In this document: positions 1 through 10,672 of the stretch, one piece after another
Layout: each line of letters begins with the position of its first letter
Position numbering within the stretch: the first letter of the stretch is position 1
Assembly (NCBI RefSeq): GCF_006345805.1
Contig: NW_021836118.1
Location: 1-25,186 of the forward strand
DNA length: 25,186 nucleotides
Direction: 5' to 3'
Source of the DNA: Octopus sinensis
Taxonomy: Eukaryota
Translations under genes and position numbers: made by a program
The notes under the pieces: model-generated
The model's database searches: none
Told to the model about the DNA's origin: nothing
Seen by the model: the letters and a program-made list of their open reading frames with translations, nothing else

Positions 1-36
<36 letters not shown>

Positions 37-137
37 GCGCTTTTTTCAAATATATAAATACGTATATTTATATATCCACACATTTGAATTGGGCATTAAA
101 TTGAATTATCTCTATATGATTTATAGAATATAAAAAG

Positions 138-230
138 TTTTACAAGGATTCGCTTTGACTGAAAATTTTCGTTTGCTACGATGACAGATAATATGTTGAA
201 ACTTCGAAATTACTGTCAATATTTTCATTT
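138..230. mobile_element. Degenerate copy of the palindromic Penelope-like/hammerhead-type element
   Basis: ACGATGA..GAAACTTCGAAATTACTGTCAA (178-219) matches the GAAAC-TTCGAA-GTC-ACTGTCAA motif at 15625-15747. The upstream TTTTACAAGG is shared with the 15270 copy. Confidence 0.4.
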
Positions 231-283
231 TATTCTGAATGTTTGCACATGTTAATATTGATTCACTAAAATACATATCAATA

Positions 284-664
284 TCTATATATATAAGGCT
301 GAAGTTGTCTGTGTATGGTTGGTGTGGTAGCCTTCAACTAACACTATCTCCTCCGAGACCTGCGGCGCAAGTTGACCAAAATTGAGAGTATGATAGAAGA
401 AGGCTTGCTCTTCATTCCGTAGATGATAAAATCCAAATCGGACCATGTTAAGACCAAAAATTATTTACATCAAAAAGGTTCTTTGTTTCTATGAAAATCC
501 CTATTTTTTACAATTTTTTGATTGCTGTGTCGCCATTTTTCGGTGTATTTCAACCAGAAAAATGTTCCCTTAAAGAGAATAACAAGCTACATAATGCAAA
601 ATTTTTACTTTTCAAAAGTTCCAATTCTAAAACAAACCCGAGAAACGCCGGGCGATACTGCTAG
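284..664 (+). mobile_element. Complete non-autonomous Helitron (381 bp)
   Basis: Starts TC (284-285) after host A283 and ends CTAG (661-664) before host T665. A GC hairpin CCCG-agaaacgc-CGGG (637-652) lies 8 nt upstream of the CTAG. No TSD or TIR. This is the canonical Helitron end structure. Confidence 0.85.
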
Positions 665-706
665 TTTCTATATACATACCTATGTATATATTTGTGTATA
701 ACTCCA

Positions 707-793
<87 letters not shown>

Positions 794-824
794 AATCTAT
801 CTATCTATCTATCTATCTAAATCT

Positions 825-909
<85 letters not shown>

Positions 910-930
910 ACACACACGCACACACACACA
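707..930. repeat. (TATC)n followed by (CA)n compound microsatellite
   Basis: Directly visible. Confidence 0.98.
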
Positions 931-1659
931 GGTTCACACGCACGTATGTTCACCTGAGGCCGAGTCGTCTCTTAAAATGAATATAGCTTTATTCAATTAC
1001 GGAATTCAAATAACTTTTTGTTACTTAATTTTCTCGTAGTTTGCTGAAATCTACGTTCTTTGATTGTACTAATTTGATAAGGAAACGGTTTGGGTTCTTG
1101 TTAGTTTTGAATTGCAACCAAACATGGTTCTGTAGACCTATGTCGAAAAGCGTTCCACCGATGGCCATTCGAAATATTTGCTTATCAGGCATTGCTTATA
1201 TGCATCATAGGACACCGTTATGGTGTTTATTTCATTTACTTTTAACGCGGTAGATCGTTGAGGTAGATTTGGCTGTTCTTTTTTACAGGTCGAACCATTG
1301 CAAACAATGTCGCCTTTTTGTTGGAACCAACCCTAGTTTTTAATTATTAAATTAATTGTTTAATTTTAGTTAATATAAAAATAAAACTGCTGGAACAGAC
1401 TTACAGTTAAAAGCGTTCCATTTATGACTATTTCGCTTTATTTTACTGAATATTGTGCATCCAGGACAAGAATATTGAAGAAATTTCTCTATTCAAAGAT
1501 AGTAGGGAATGATTTAAGAGATATTTAGCTGCTATTTCTGGTCATTCTAGGGGCTACATCGAGGTTTCTCCCGTTAAGAATCATATATAAATCAATTATC
1601 GATATATTAACTTCCTTTTTCACTTATTTTTACCAACAATTCGTCAAGTAGGCAACCTC

Positions 1660-1760
1660 GACGTTGTCTCTTGACATACTAGAAATGAGAATCAAATCTC
1701 TCTTTAATCACACCCTACCGTTTTAAAAATGGAGGTGATGGAAAATGCTGATTCAGATAA
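1660..1760 (+). mobile_element. Fragment of (AAC)n-tailed SINE-like family C
   Basis: TAGAAAT..AATCACACCCTACCG segment; TAGAAATAGCAG also occurs in the longer copy at 23940-24150. Confidence 0.4.
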
Positions 1761-1807
1761 CATTGCATCTCAATCATAAATAATAGATATCTTTTATCGT
1801 TTTTTTT

Positions 1808-2176
1808 CTTCTTTTACTTGTTAGACTGCAGCCATGCTGGGGCACCGCCTTGGATAATTTTTAGTCGAATGAATCGAACTCTGTACTTACATTTTAAGCC
1901 AGGTTCTTAGTCTATCGGTCACTTTTTGCCAAACCGCTAAGTTACGGAGACGTAAAGACATCAGCACCGGTATCAAGCGGTGGTGGGGATAAACACAAAG
2001 ATACACAGATATACATATATACGACGAGCTTCCTTTCAGTTTCCCTCTACCGAACTCACATAGCTTTGGTCGGCCCAGTAGTGAAAGACACTTGCCCAAG
2101 GTCCCAGACAGTGGGACTGAACCAGGAACCATGTGGCCGGGAAGTAAACTTCTCACCACACAGCGACACCTGCTCC
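1808..2176 (-). mobile_element. tRNA-derived SINE family A (CORE-like), near full length
   Basis: Reverse-complement homolog of the 13411-13845 copy: tRNA-like head with A/B boxes, TTGGGCAAGTG CORE-like segment, internal microsatellite and CAGCATGGC..CAGTC tail. Confidence 0.9.
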
Positions 2177-2644
2177 TATCATGAGTAATTGTATAATTAA
2201 TATTCTATTGAAATCAATTCTGTTCAATTTAAAATCAATCAAGTTATCAAATTATTGAAAATTAATGGAATTATGACAGTGACATGATCCTGGATGGACG
2301 ACGAAACTTTTAGAAACTTATATATTTCAATCTGTCCTGAAATAAACAAAAAAAATGCTACAACTGTAAAGATGTACTTGAAATCTGTCATGGCGTTTCG
2401 TACTATGTTAGTTGTAAAAGCATTGAAAACTAATGCCGTGTAAGCAAATTTGAGAATTGGGGTTTTATTCGCATTTTTAACAACTTTTGTTGCTAAAGCG
2501 TGAGTTATACGATGTCAGCTTATCGAAATAATTTTTAAATTCAATATGGGACCAAGTGTGTAATTTAAGATGTGAACAAACTTGTTTTATCGTGTACACG
2601 ACGTTTACTAACTTTCTACACTTGGATCCCTGGAACTACTTACT

Positions 2645-2647
<3 letters not shown>

Positions 2648-2721
<74 letters not shown>
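2648..2721. repeat. (TA)n microsatellite
   Basis: Directly visible. Confidence 0.98.
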
Positions 2722-2724
<3 letters not shown>

Positions 2725-2847
2725 TTCTTTCCTGAGCGTCCAATAATACTTTATTTGTTCCACGTCCTCGCGTTGCTTGTGTTATTTTGTTTTTTGTGTT
2801 TTCTTGTTTTTTGGATTAACTATATATCTATATATATATATATATAT

Positions 2848-3061
2848 ACTCTTTACTCTTTTACTCTTTTACTTGTTTCAGTCATTTGACTGCGGCCATG
2901 CTGGAGCACCGCTTTAGTCGATCAATCGACCCCGGAACTTATTCTTTGTAAGCCCAGTACTTATTCTATCGGTCTCTTTTGCCGAACCGCTAAGGGCGGG
3001 GACGTAGACACACCAGCATCGGTTGTCAAGCAGCTAGAGGGGGACAAACACAGACACACAA

Positions 3062-3092
<31 letters not shown>

Positions 3093-3254
3093 CGACAGGC
3101 TTCTTTCAGTTTCCGTCTACCAAATCCACTCACAAGGCATTGGTCGGCCCGGGCTATAGCAGAAGACACTTGCCCAAGATGCCACGCAGTGGGACTGAAC
3201 CCGCAACCATGTGGTTGGTTAGCAAGCTACTTACCACACAGCCACTCCTGCGCC
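2848..3254 (-). mobile_element. tRNA-derived SINE family A, full length, young
   Basis: Highly similar to 13411-13845 in reverse. Head GGCGCAGGAGTGGCTGTGTGGTAAGTAGC ends at 3254, with an (ACTCTTTT)n tail at 2848-2870. Flanked by (TA)n on both sides. Confidence 0.95.
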
Positions 3255-3333
3255 TATATATATATATTATATATATATATATTATATATATATATATACA
3301 TACATACATACATACATACATACATACATACAT

Positions 3334-3389
<56 letters not shown>

Positions 3390-3605
3390 GAATCGTTGTA
3401 TATCGCCCCACCACCGTACATGTCTCAACGAGAGATTGTTAGAATTCAATTTTCTTATTATATATATATATATATATATAATATATATATATACATATAT
3501 GTATGTATGTAATATATATAATATATTTATATGTATATATATGTATATATATATATATGTTGTATTATATATATATATATATGTATGTATGTATTATGTA
3601 TCTAT

Positions 3606-3656
<51 letters not shown>

Positions 3657-3720
3657 TATATAATAGATAGATAGATATAGATAGATATAGTAGATAGATG
3701 TGTATGTGTGTTTGCGCGTG
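3255..3720. repeat. Compound (TA)n/(CATA)n/(TAGA)n microsatellite field
   Basis: Directly visible, interrupted by short unique sequence at ~3390-3455. Confidence 0.95.
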
Positions 3721-3935
3721 TGTGTCTGTCTTTGTGTGTGTCCTCCAGCACCCGTTGACAACTGGCGTCGGTTTGTTTACATCCCCAATAACTTAGCGGT
3801 TTGGTAATAAAGAATGATAGAACAAGTGCCAGACTTAAAATTAAGTACTAGGGTCGACTTGTTCGGCTAAATTAAACCCTTCAAGGTGGTGCCCCAGGAC
3901 GGCCACAATCCATAACTAAAAGGTAAGAGTTAAAA
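3720..3935 (+). mobile_element. SINE family A, 3' half, diverged
   Basis: TTGACAAC..AACTTAGCGGTT..GATAGAA..GGGTCGACTTGTTCGGCTAAA..GGTGGTGCCCCAG matches the 3' half of 13411-13845. Confidence 0.85.
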
Positions 3936-4019
3936 AGTATTTGCGCTGTTTTTTCTCATCAAGGAAGAAATGTACTTTTAAAACTGCAAGGTCAAGTTCT
4001 CCTGGGAATCTTTGAAGGA

Positions 4020-4110
4020 AAATAGTAGAATGCTGTAACCGTTGTTGGTTTTAGCCCCAGGACAATCCCGAGCTTTTGGTCTTCTGATATATCTCCATCT
4101 CCATCTTGGA
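4020..4110 (-). mobile_element. 3' fragment of SINE-like family C
   Basis: GTTGTTGGTTTTAGCCCCAGG is the reverse complement of the GGGCT..AAAC-AAC tail at 24115-24140. Confidence 0.5.
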
Positions 4111-4136
4111 CGTTTTATAGGAACTAGTAAATCAAA

Positions 4137-4545
4137 CCCCAGTATTTTACTGGTACTTTGTTTATATCATGTCTCTGTCTTCTATTATAAGTCCATTCAC
4201 ATCTTCGGTGCTTTATGACAACGTTATATGGGCCCCAGTATTTTACTGGTACTTTGTTTATATCATGTCTCTGTCTTCTATTATAAGTCCATTCACACCT
4301 TCGGTGCTTTATGACAACGTTATATGGGCCCCAGTATTTTACTGGTACTTTGTTTATATCATGTCTCTGTCTTCTATTATAAGTCCATTCACACCTTCGG
4401 TGCTTTATGACAACGTTATATGGGCCCCAGTATTTTACTGGTACTTTGTTTATATCATGTCTCTGTCTTCTATTATAAGTCCATTCACATCTTCGGTGCT
4501 TTATGATAACGTTATATGGACCCCAGTATTTTACTGGTACTTTAT
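4137..4545. repeat. 96-bp minisatellite, 4 full units plus a partial
   Basis: Unit starts CCCCAGTATTTTACTGG at 4137, 4233, 4329, 4425 and 4521, an exact 96-nt period with only a few substitutions. Confidence 0.97.
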
Positions 4546-4987
4546 TTCATCGGCGTCATTGAGGATGGAAAGTTGAGTTAATCGTAGTCGCCTCCTATAA
4601 GTTCCATTATGGTTCCAATCGTATCTCAGATGTTTTATAGAAATATTAAATCAGCCCTGATTTTCTTAATTTTTTTTTTACTGGTACTTCATCTGAGTCT
4701 GTGCCTTCTATTATGATTCCATTCGCATCTCCATTGCTTTATGAAAACAATAAATAAACCCCAGGATTTAGTTGGTACCTTATTTTATCGACATTGGAAT
4801 AACGAAAAGTAAAGAGTTCTTTTATAAATCTATTTATATTGAAGATATTTTATGGAAATATTCAAACGCTCCTAGATCTTCACTAATGCTTCAGTATATC
4901 TTTGTCTTCTGTTACAATTCCATTCGAATATGTGATGCCTTGTGGGAATCCCACAGTATTTCTCTACCTTTTATCTTTTACTCGATT

Positions 4988-5164
4988 CAATCATTAGATT
5001 ACGACCATGATGGAGCATCGCCATAAAAAATTTTAGTCGAACTCATCGACCCCAGTACTTTTTTTTTTATTAAAGCCTGGTACTTATTCTATCTGTCTCT
5101 TTTGCCGAATCACTAAGTTACGGGGGCATAAACACACCGATACCGGTTGTCAAACGGTAGCAGG

Positions 5165-5200
<36 letters not shown>

Positions 5201-5364
5201 GACGGGCTTTTTTCAGCTTCCGTCTACCAAACCCACTCACAAGGCTTTGGTCGGGCCGAGGCTATAGTAGAAGACACTTGCCCAAGGTGCCATGCAGTAG
5301 GACTGATCCTGGAACCGTGTGGTCGCGGGAAGCAAACTTCCTACCACACAACCACGTCTGCACC
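4988..5364 (-). mobile_element. tRNA-derived SINE family A, full length
   Basis: Reverse homolog of 13411-13845 with an internal (CA)n. Confidence 0.9.
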
Positions 5365-5551
5365 TAGCACTATATTTTATCGACCCATTTCGAATGAAAG
5401 ACAAAATCTAACTTTGTCATGTGTTGCAACTCCATTCACATCTTGGACATTTCATTTTAATATTAAATTTATCCCTGTATAGGATTAGTACATTTTTAAA
5501 AATCTAAATCTGTTATTATAATTCCATTTATATCTGAGATATATCTGAGAT

Positions 5552-5692
5552 GCATCACGGATTTTTGTCAGTGAACAGGTCGCGGATTTTAGCGACGAAA
5601 ATATTTTGACAAATTAAACTTAAATGTTGAAGTGAATCGAACGGCTTTTGTGTGTTTCTTAAATGGCTTACAAACTCCTTCCACGCTGCAAT
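5552..5692 (+). mobile_element. 141-bp Penelope-like/retrozyme-like insertion with 10-bp TSD
   Basis: Flanked by identical TATCTGAGAT at 5542-5551 and 5693-5702. Interrupts a diverged copy of the local tandem unit and contains a hammerhead-like fold. Confidence 0.7.
5564..5613 (+). ncRNA. Minimal type I hammerhead ribozyme-like motif, G3:C8 core variant
   Basis: Stem I TTTGTCA/TGACAAA (7 bp), core GTGAACA plus one extra G, stem II GTCGC/GCGAC (5 bp), GAAA, palindromic stem III AATATT, U-U-U cleavage triplet. Confidence 0.6.
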
Positions 5693-5877
5693 TATCTGAG
5701 ATACTTTTACAGAAATATTAAATCAATCCCAGGACTTCCATGGTACTTTATTTTACCGAAACCGTTAAGGATGAAATAAAATTTAGCCGTACTTTATAAT
5801 GTACTTTATAATTATTTTTCCATTCTCACCTAACATACTTTATACGAATATTACCCCCCCCTCGTACTTGATTTGTA

Positions 5878-6085
5878 CTGTAATCCCTCGCCATATCGCG
5901 GTCCACCTATCGCGCACTCAGTACATTGCGGATTTTTCTGGCTAATACATGTAAATTTATATCGCGGACTCCTCAGTATATCGCGGGTTTCTGCTGCCGA
6001 TAGTTATATATATATTTTTTTAGATTTTAATTATTTCTCTGGGAGGTTTTGGAACGTAACACCCGCGATAGTCGAGGGATTACTG
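5878..6085. mobile_element. Tigger/pogo-type (Tc1/mariner) MITE, 208 bp
   Basis: TIRs CTGTAATCCCTCG (5878) and CGAGGGATTACTG (ends 6085) match 12/13 and extend into ATCGCGG. TA duplication on both sides (5876-77, 6086-87). Confidence 0.9.
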
Positions 6086-6103
6086 TACTTATGTTATCTA
6101 AAC

Positions 6104-6334
6104 CAGTGGGTCTCAACCATTTTTTTGCCTGTGGATCCCTTTGATTCGTATTTTACTCGGATGGACCCTCCTAGCCACTAAATGTTTAAAAAGATCCTAT
6201 TATATTTTCATAATCAAATTGTAGGAATAAAAGTAAGTTATTGCTCGTAAATTCCAACAAAAAAATCTTATATGAACCCCCAAGGATAATTATGGACTCC
6301 CAAAGATCATATAGGCCCCCACTGAGAACTACTG
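6104..6334. mobile_element. hAT-type MITE
   Basis: Ends CAGTGGGTCTCAAC and CTGAGAACTACTG. Flanking 8-mers ATCTAAAC and ATATAAAT (6/8) fit a decayed 8-bp hAT TSD. A second copy lies at 19910. Confidence 0.85.
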
Positions 6335-6409
6335 ATATAAATCTTTTATTATCTGAGATAAAGTATCGTAGATGCTTAAATAGTAATAATAGTTCAATAT
6401 AAGCATGTA

Positions 6410-7975
6410 ATGGCTGCTTTGTTTTATCGACCCTGAAGGAATGAAATGTGAAGTCGGTTTCGGTGGAATTTGAACTCAGAATGTAAAATCTGTAACTGCA
6501 AACCGAAAAACATTTTGTTCGGTGCTCTCCCAATTCTACCAATTTACCGACGTTCTTCTTTACGATAATGGTACTTTTCATAAACCACAAGACTTCAAAT
6601 TTAAGGAATTGGTAAGGTTGATTATATCGATCCAATTCAAAAAGAGCTTTATTTTATTGACCCCAGCAGAATGAAAGGTAAAACTGACCTCGTCAGGATT
6701 TGAACTCAAAAGGCAAAGAGACGTAGTTATTTATAGCAAAACTTATTTGACTAACAGCCTGATGAGCCTGTCGTTCGTCTCAGTAGTAACAATCCTTTCT
6801 AATATTGGCACACGGCCTGAAATTTTGGGGGAGGGGCTAGCTGACCCCAGTGTTTCACAGGTGCTTAATTTATCGACCCCGAAAGGACGAAAGGCAAAAA
6901 TCAACCTCAGCGGAATTTGAACTCAGAACATAAAAACGGGCGAAATAATAGTAACGGTTTCAAATTTTGCTACGAGGCCAGCAATTTAGTGGAGTTTGAA
7001 GGAGTTAGTGAATTCCATTAACCCAGTACTTGATCGGTGCTGGGTTAACGATAACGTACTTAAGTGGAACCCGGAGGAATGAATGACAAAGTTGATCTTG
7101 ACTGAATTTGAACTCAGAACTTAAACGGCCGGATGAAATAATGCAAGCCTTTTTTGTCCGATATCGTAAAAAATTTGCCAGTTTTCTGCTCTTAGAATAC
7201 TTGTTTTTAATTTGGGCACATGGTCAACAATTTTCTTTTTTGGCATGTGTGTGTGTGTGTGTGTGGAGGGGGAAGGTGATTACAAGCCCGAGTATCTAAC
7301 TGGTATTTCATTTTATTTTTCCCGGAGAGTAAAAAGTAAAGTTGAAATCAAAACTTAAAAAGTCATAACTAACCACAAAGGTATTTGTTCGCCGTTCTTT
7401 TGAGAGACCTGGGGTGGGGAGTTAGCCCTTTCCATCAACTCCTGTACTTGATTGGTACTTTACTTTATCGACGTCTGACAAGATAATATGCAAAGGTGAC
7501 CTTGGCGGGATTTGAACTCAGAACGTAAAATCTTATGAATATAATGACACTAATGGTGATTACAGAAAGACATCCGGCATATTATGAAGAACATTATAAT
7601 CGATTATATCGATCTTAGAAGAATAAAAGAGAAAACCGAATCCAGGCAGATTTGAACTCAAAGCCTGAATGTATAGAAAAGGATTACTACCGTAATGTTT
7701 TCTATTTACTCTGCGCTCCAGCGATTAAAGAACTGCGGGGCGATAATAATAATTCTTTCAAATTTTGGCACAAGGCCAACAGTTTTTGAGGGGAGGATGA
7801 AGTCGATACATCAACTCCAGTATTTGACTGGTATGTATTTTATCGATCCCAAAAGGATGAAAGGCAAAGTCGACCTCGACGGAATTTAAACTTAGAACGT
7901 GAAAACGGACGAAATGCCAGTATTTTGTCTGGGCGTGATAACGGTTCTGCTTGCTCTCCAATGCCAGCTTATTTT
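6410..7975 (-). mobile_element. Head-to-tail array of about 8 copies of tRNA-SINE family B
   Basis: Recurrent ATCGACCC..AGGATGAAAGGCAAAGTCGACCTCG..ATTTGAACTCAGAAC (reverse B-box GTTCTGAGTTCAAAT) or parts of it at ~6410, 6620, 6790, 6960, 7210, 7420, 7590 and 7750, all in one orientation. Confidence 0.9.
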
Positions 7976-8368
7976 GTCTCTTCGCAGAAATAATATTAAG
8001 AATTCATGGTTAAAATAGCTTCAATGTACATTTTTTTTGTAAGCCCCAGCATGGCCACCATGAAACAACTCAGGAAGCAAGCAGAATACAGTTACGGTAT
8101 GAAATAAACAAATGAAAATGACAGAAAGGAAAACTGAAGTTGACGAAAGCAAACATCACAACAACGCCTTCCGTAGTCTACGAGAGAAGCCAAGATGCAC
8201 AACGCTTGTTGTGCATCTATATATATGTTATATATATATATATAATATATATATATGCATGTATGTCTTATTTATGTTCGTTTACTTTGACATTGCTATC
8301 TTGAACATGAAATTAAAATATAAAAAGTGGAAAAAAAGATATTCGATCCTTTTTGAGATGTTATGTAG

Positions 8369-8425
<57 letters not shown>
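8369..8425. repeat. (TTA)n microsatellite
   Basis: Directly visible. Confidence 0.98.
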
Positions 8426-8556
8426 TTAATTACATGTGTGTACGTGTACTTTAACTAAAGTACCGAGACAGCATGTATATGCGTGTTTGAATAAGATTAC
8501 GTACGTTCCGTAAACATTGCGTTTGTGAAGCGAGGCTAAATATATATATGGTAACA

Positions 8557-8611
8557 TATCTATCTATCTATCTATCTATCTCAACACACACACACACACA
8601 CACACACACAC

Positions 8612-8647
<36 letters not shown>

Positions 8648-8652
8648 ATATA

Positions 8653-8687
<35 letters not shown>

Positions 8688-8688
8688 A
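8557..8688. repeat. (TATC)n-(CA)n-(TA)n compound microsatellite
   Basis: Directly visible. Confidence 0.97.
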
Positions 8689-8729
8689 TGCACGTAAGAT
8701 TTCGTTCATCTTGTTACGGTTACTACATC

Positions 8730-8890
8730 TCAGGCTCGCCCTCACCGATCAAAGGCACACAATCCATGACCATCCCATCGTTTTGGAATGTCCTATTCTA
8801 CTTTGCAAATTATATGGTAATGATTCGAGAATGATTTTTGCCTGATTTTTCTGGCAAATGAACGTGACCGCGTAGAGAAACCGCTCACGG
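8730..8890 (-). mobile_element. Diverged SINE-like family C fragment
   Basis: GATCAAAGGCA..CCATGACCATCCC is the reverse complement of the GGTCA(C/T)GGCTGGAA..TTTGATC segment at 24225-24250. Confidence 0.5.
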
Positions 8891-9169
8891 TTTGTTTGTT
8901 TACATCAGCTTACAGCGCCATGTGACCAAGTTTTTTTTTTTTATTTATGCTTTATTTATTTTCGTAAATGGGATGTTTATGGAAAATAAAGTCGAGACAA
9001 CAACAAATATATGCACACATGTACAGTGTCAATTAAATCATTAATTATATTTTGGGTTGAATTTTTTTTTCTTAAGGAGGGAGAAAGCAAAACGAAATTG
9101 AAAAGTCAATTTTTTTCTTTGTGCAAACATTCGACTTTTGCCCCGCTCTAAAACATCGCCATTGATGGC

Positions 9170-9875
9170 CGCACATGTAGAAGCATGTTACAGAGAACTG
9201 CCAACATTTCTCGCTACTGCCTCTACTGGTGGCTAAGGAAAACTGTGTGAGTGCTGTTGTGCACCATCTTAACTGCTGCTGGGGCTGTCAGCAGTAAGAA
9301 GTTAGCTGGCTGATTCTAATTTCACCAACTTCTACCCTACCAACCGGCTGTCGGAACCACCCTAACTCCGGCCGAGCGAGCTGGCTGCTTTTTCATCTTT
9401 CTCCATCAATCTTCCTTCTAAGTCTTACTCTATCACCTCCCCCTCCAGCTCATGTTTCTTACTCTCTCTCGCACACACACACACACACACTCCTTCTCTT
9501 TCTCTGACTCCAACCGACCACGTCTCATTCTGTCTCAGTATTTCTTCCTTTCTCCATTATTCTTTCTCTCTTCCTTTTTCTTTCTCTCTCTCTCTCTCTG
9601 AGACTCATTGATAAACTAAGCTAAGTGAGACAGAAGGGGGGGAAACATTTCCCCACCTATTTTCCTCCTCTGCCTTCTTATCATCCATTGGCTTCTCCTC
9701 CCAGCTTCTAAGCCGCACCCTGATTTCTCCACTATCTATCTACGCTAGGGTGCACCAAGGCTGGATAGGCTGTTTCGGCTGTATAACTGCAACTTCCGCA
9801 CTCCTTCCCTCTTTCTCTCTCTCCCGTTCTCTCTTTCTCTGTCTCCGTCTCTTCCATCGTACCGTGTGAATGTGG
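9170..9875 (+). promoter_or_regulatory. Putative promoter / TSS region 1
   Basis: Start of a TE-free, GC/CpG-richer island. Contains (CT)n tracts, reverse CCAAT (ATTGG 9687-9691), GATA (9677-9683) and ETS-type ACTTCCG (9792-9798), with a possible donor GTG|GTAGGC after 9874. Orientation is inferred from the downstream donor at 11254. Confidence 0.45.
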
Positions 9876-10447
9876 TAGGCTGCTGCAATAACGCTGGGCC
9901 TTGACTCGATATTACCTAACCGCCTATTCAAATTTAATTTATGTTAGAATTCTTGAGTGTCCATCACTTCGTTCGTCGTACGTCCCTCGATATCGCAACC
10001 CGCGCAACTTAGCTAGCTCTTCTTTATTTTTTATATTTTTGTTTTGTTGTTTTTTTAGATAGGGGACTTAATCCATCACGAGTTAACGGCCCTCATTCAA
10101 TAAACTAATCAAATATTTGATGATTTTTTCTTCTTTTTTTTCTTTTAAGGAAGAAAAAAAGTTATCAAAAACTTTTTCATTGAAATCCTATTTCCCGTAT
10201 TCATTTTTTTGTGTTTGTTTGTTTATTTTATTATATATTTTTTCTTCACCGGATCACCTGGAGCGGAAGTAAACATATTAAAATTTGACACAATAGTCGG
10301 TTCAGCGTCGCCAGCTCCCCCCTCGTACCATTTGCGATCTATCGTCTGCTTTCCTTTCGTATCGTCTGCTTTCCTTTCATTGACTATCCTTGCTTTTATT
10401 GTTCACCGTCTCCACTTCCTCCTCACTCACCGTTGTGATTTCAATCG

Positions 10448-10672
10448 ATGGTTCCAGTTATTTCTGGAGACGAAGATAATGTCTTCCTGATGCATAAGTT
10501 GGTGTCGGATGAAACACAAACACCTGGGGTGGGGGTGAAGAATAAGGGGTGTCGTGTGGACACTGAGAGAGGAGACAACGTAACGAACCCAGCCCCTTTG
10601 TACGATCGCGGACGCCCCAGGGGTCGCCCGGGTCTCCTGGCGCACCTGGCAGCCTTCTTACACACGGAGTAA
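10448..10672 (+). CDS. 74-aa ORF in putative 5' leader (possible uORF or microprotein)
   Basis: ATG with +4G, non-repetitive and GC-rich (MVPVISGDEDNVF...LHTE*). No recognisable domain. Confidence 0.2.
   Translation: MVPVISGDEDNVFLMHKLVSDETQTPGVGVKNKGCRVDTERGDNVTNPAPLYDRGRPRGRPGLLAHLAAFLHTE

Noticed and set aside
682-957. ORF-track entries made of IY/YI, CV, TH/HT, IYLS or poly-L runs (also 2572, 3140-3663, 8112, 12023-12876, 13064-14411, 16516, 21456-22032)
   Set aside because: They are translations of microsatellites, not proteins.
1000-1420. Possible DNA-transposon remnant (also 2300-2640)
   Set aside because: I could not identify TIRs, TSDs or a second copy in the window.
2495-2545. 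ACGATGT..CGAAATAATTTT hammerhead-like remnant
   Set aside because: The core and stems are too degenerate to support.
4137-4545. CRISPR-like periodicity
   Set aside because: Whole units are near-identical with no unique spacers, and the context is eukaryotic.
4169-4576. 135-aa ORF with a 32-aa repeat
   Set aside because: It results from the 96-bp (3n) minisatellite. There is no splice or promoter context, and the unit is partly SINE-derived.
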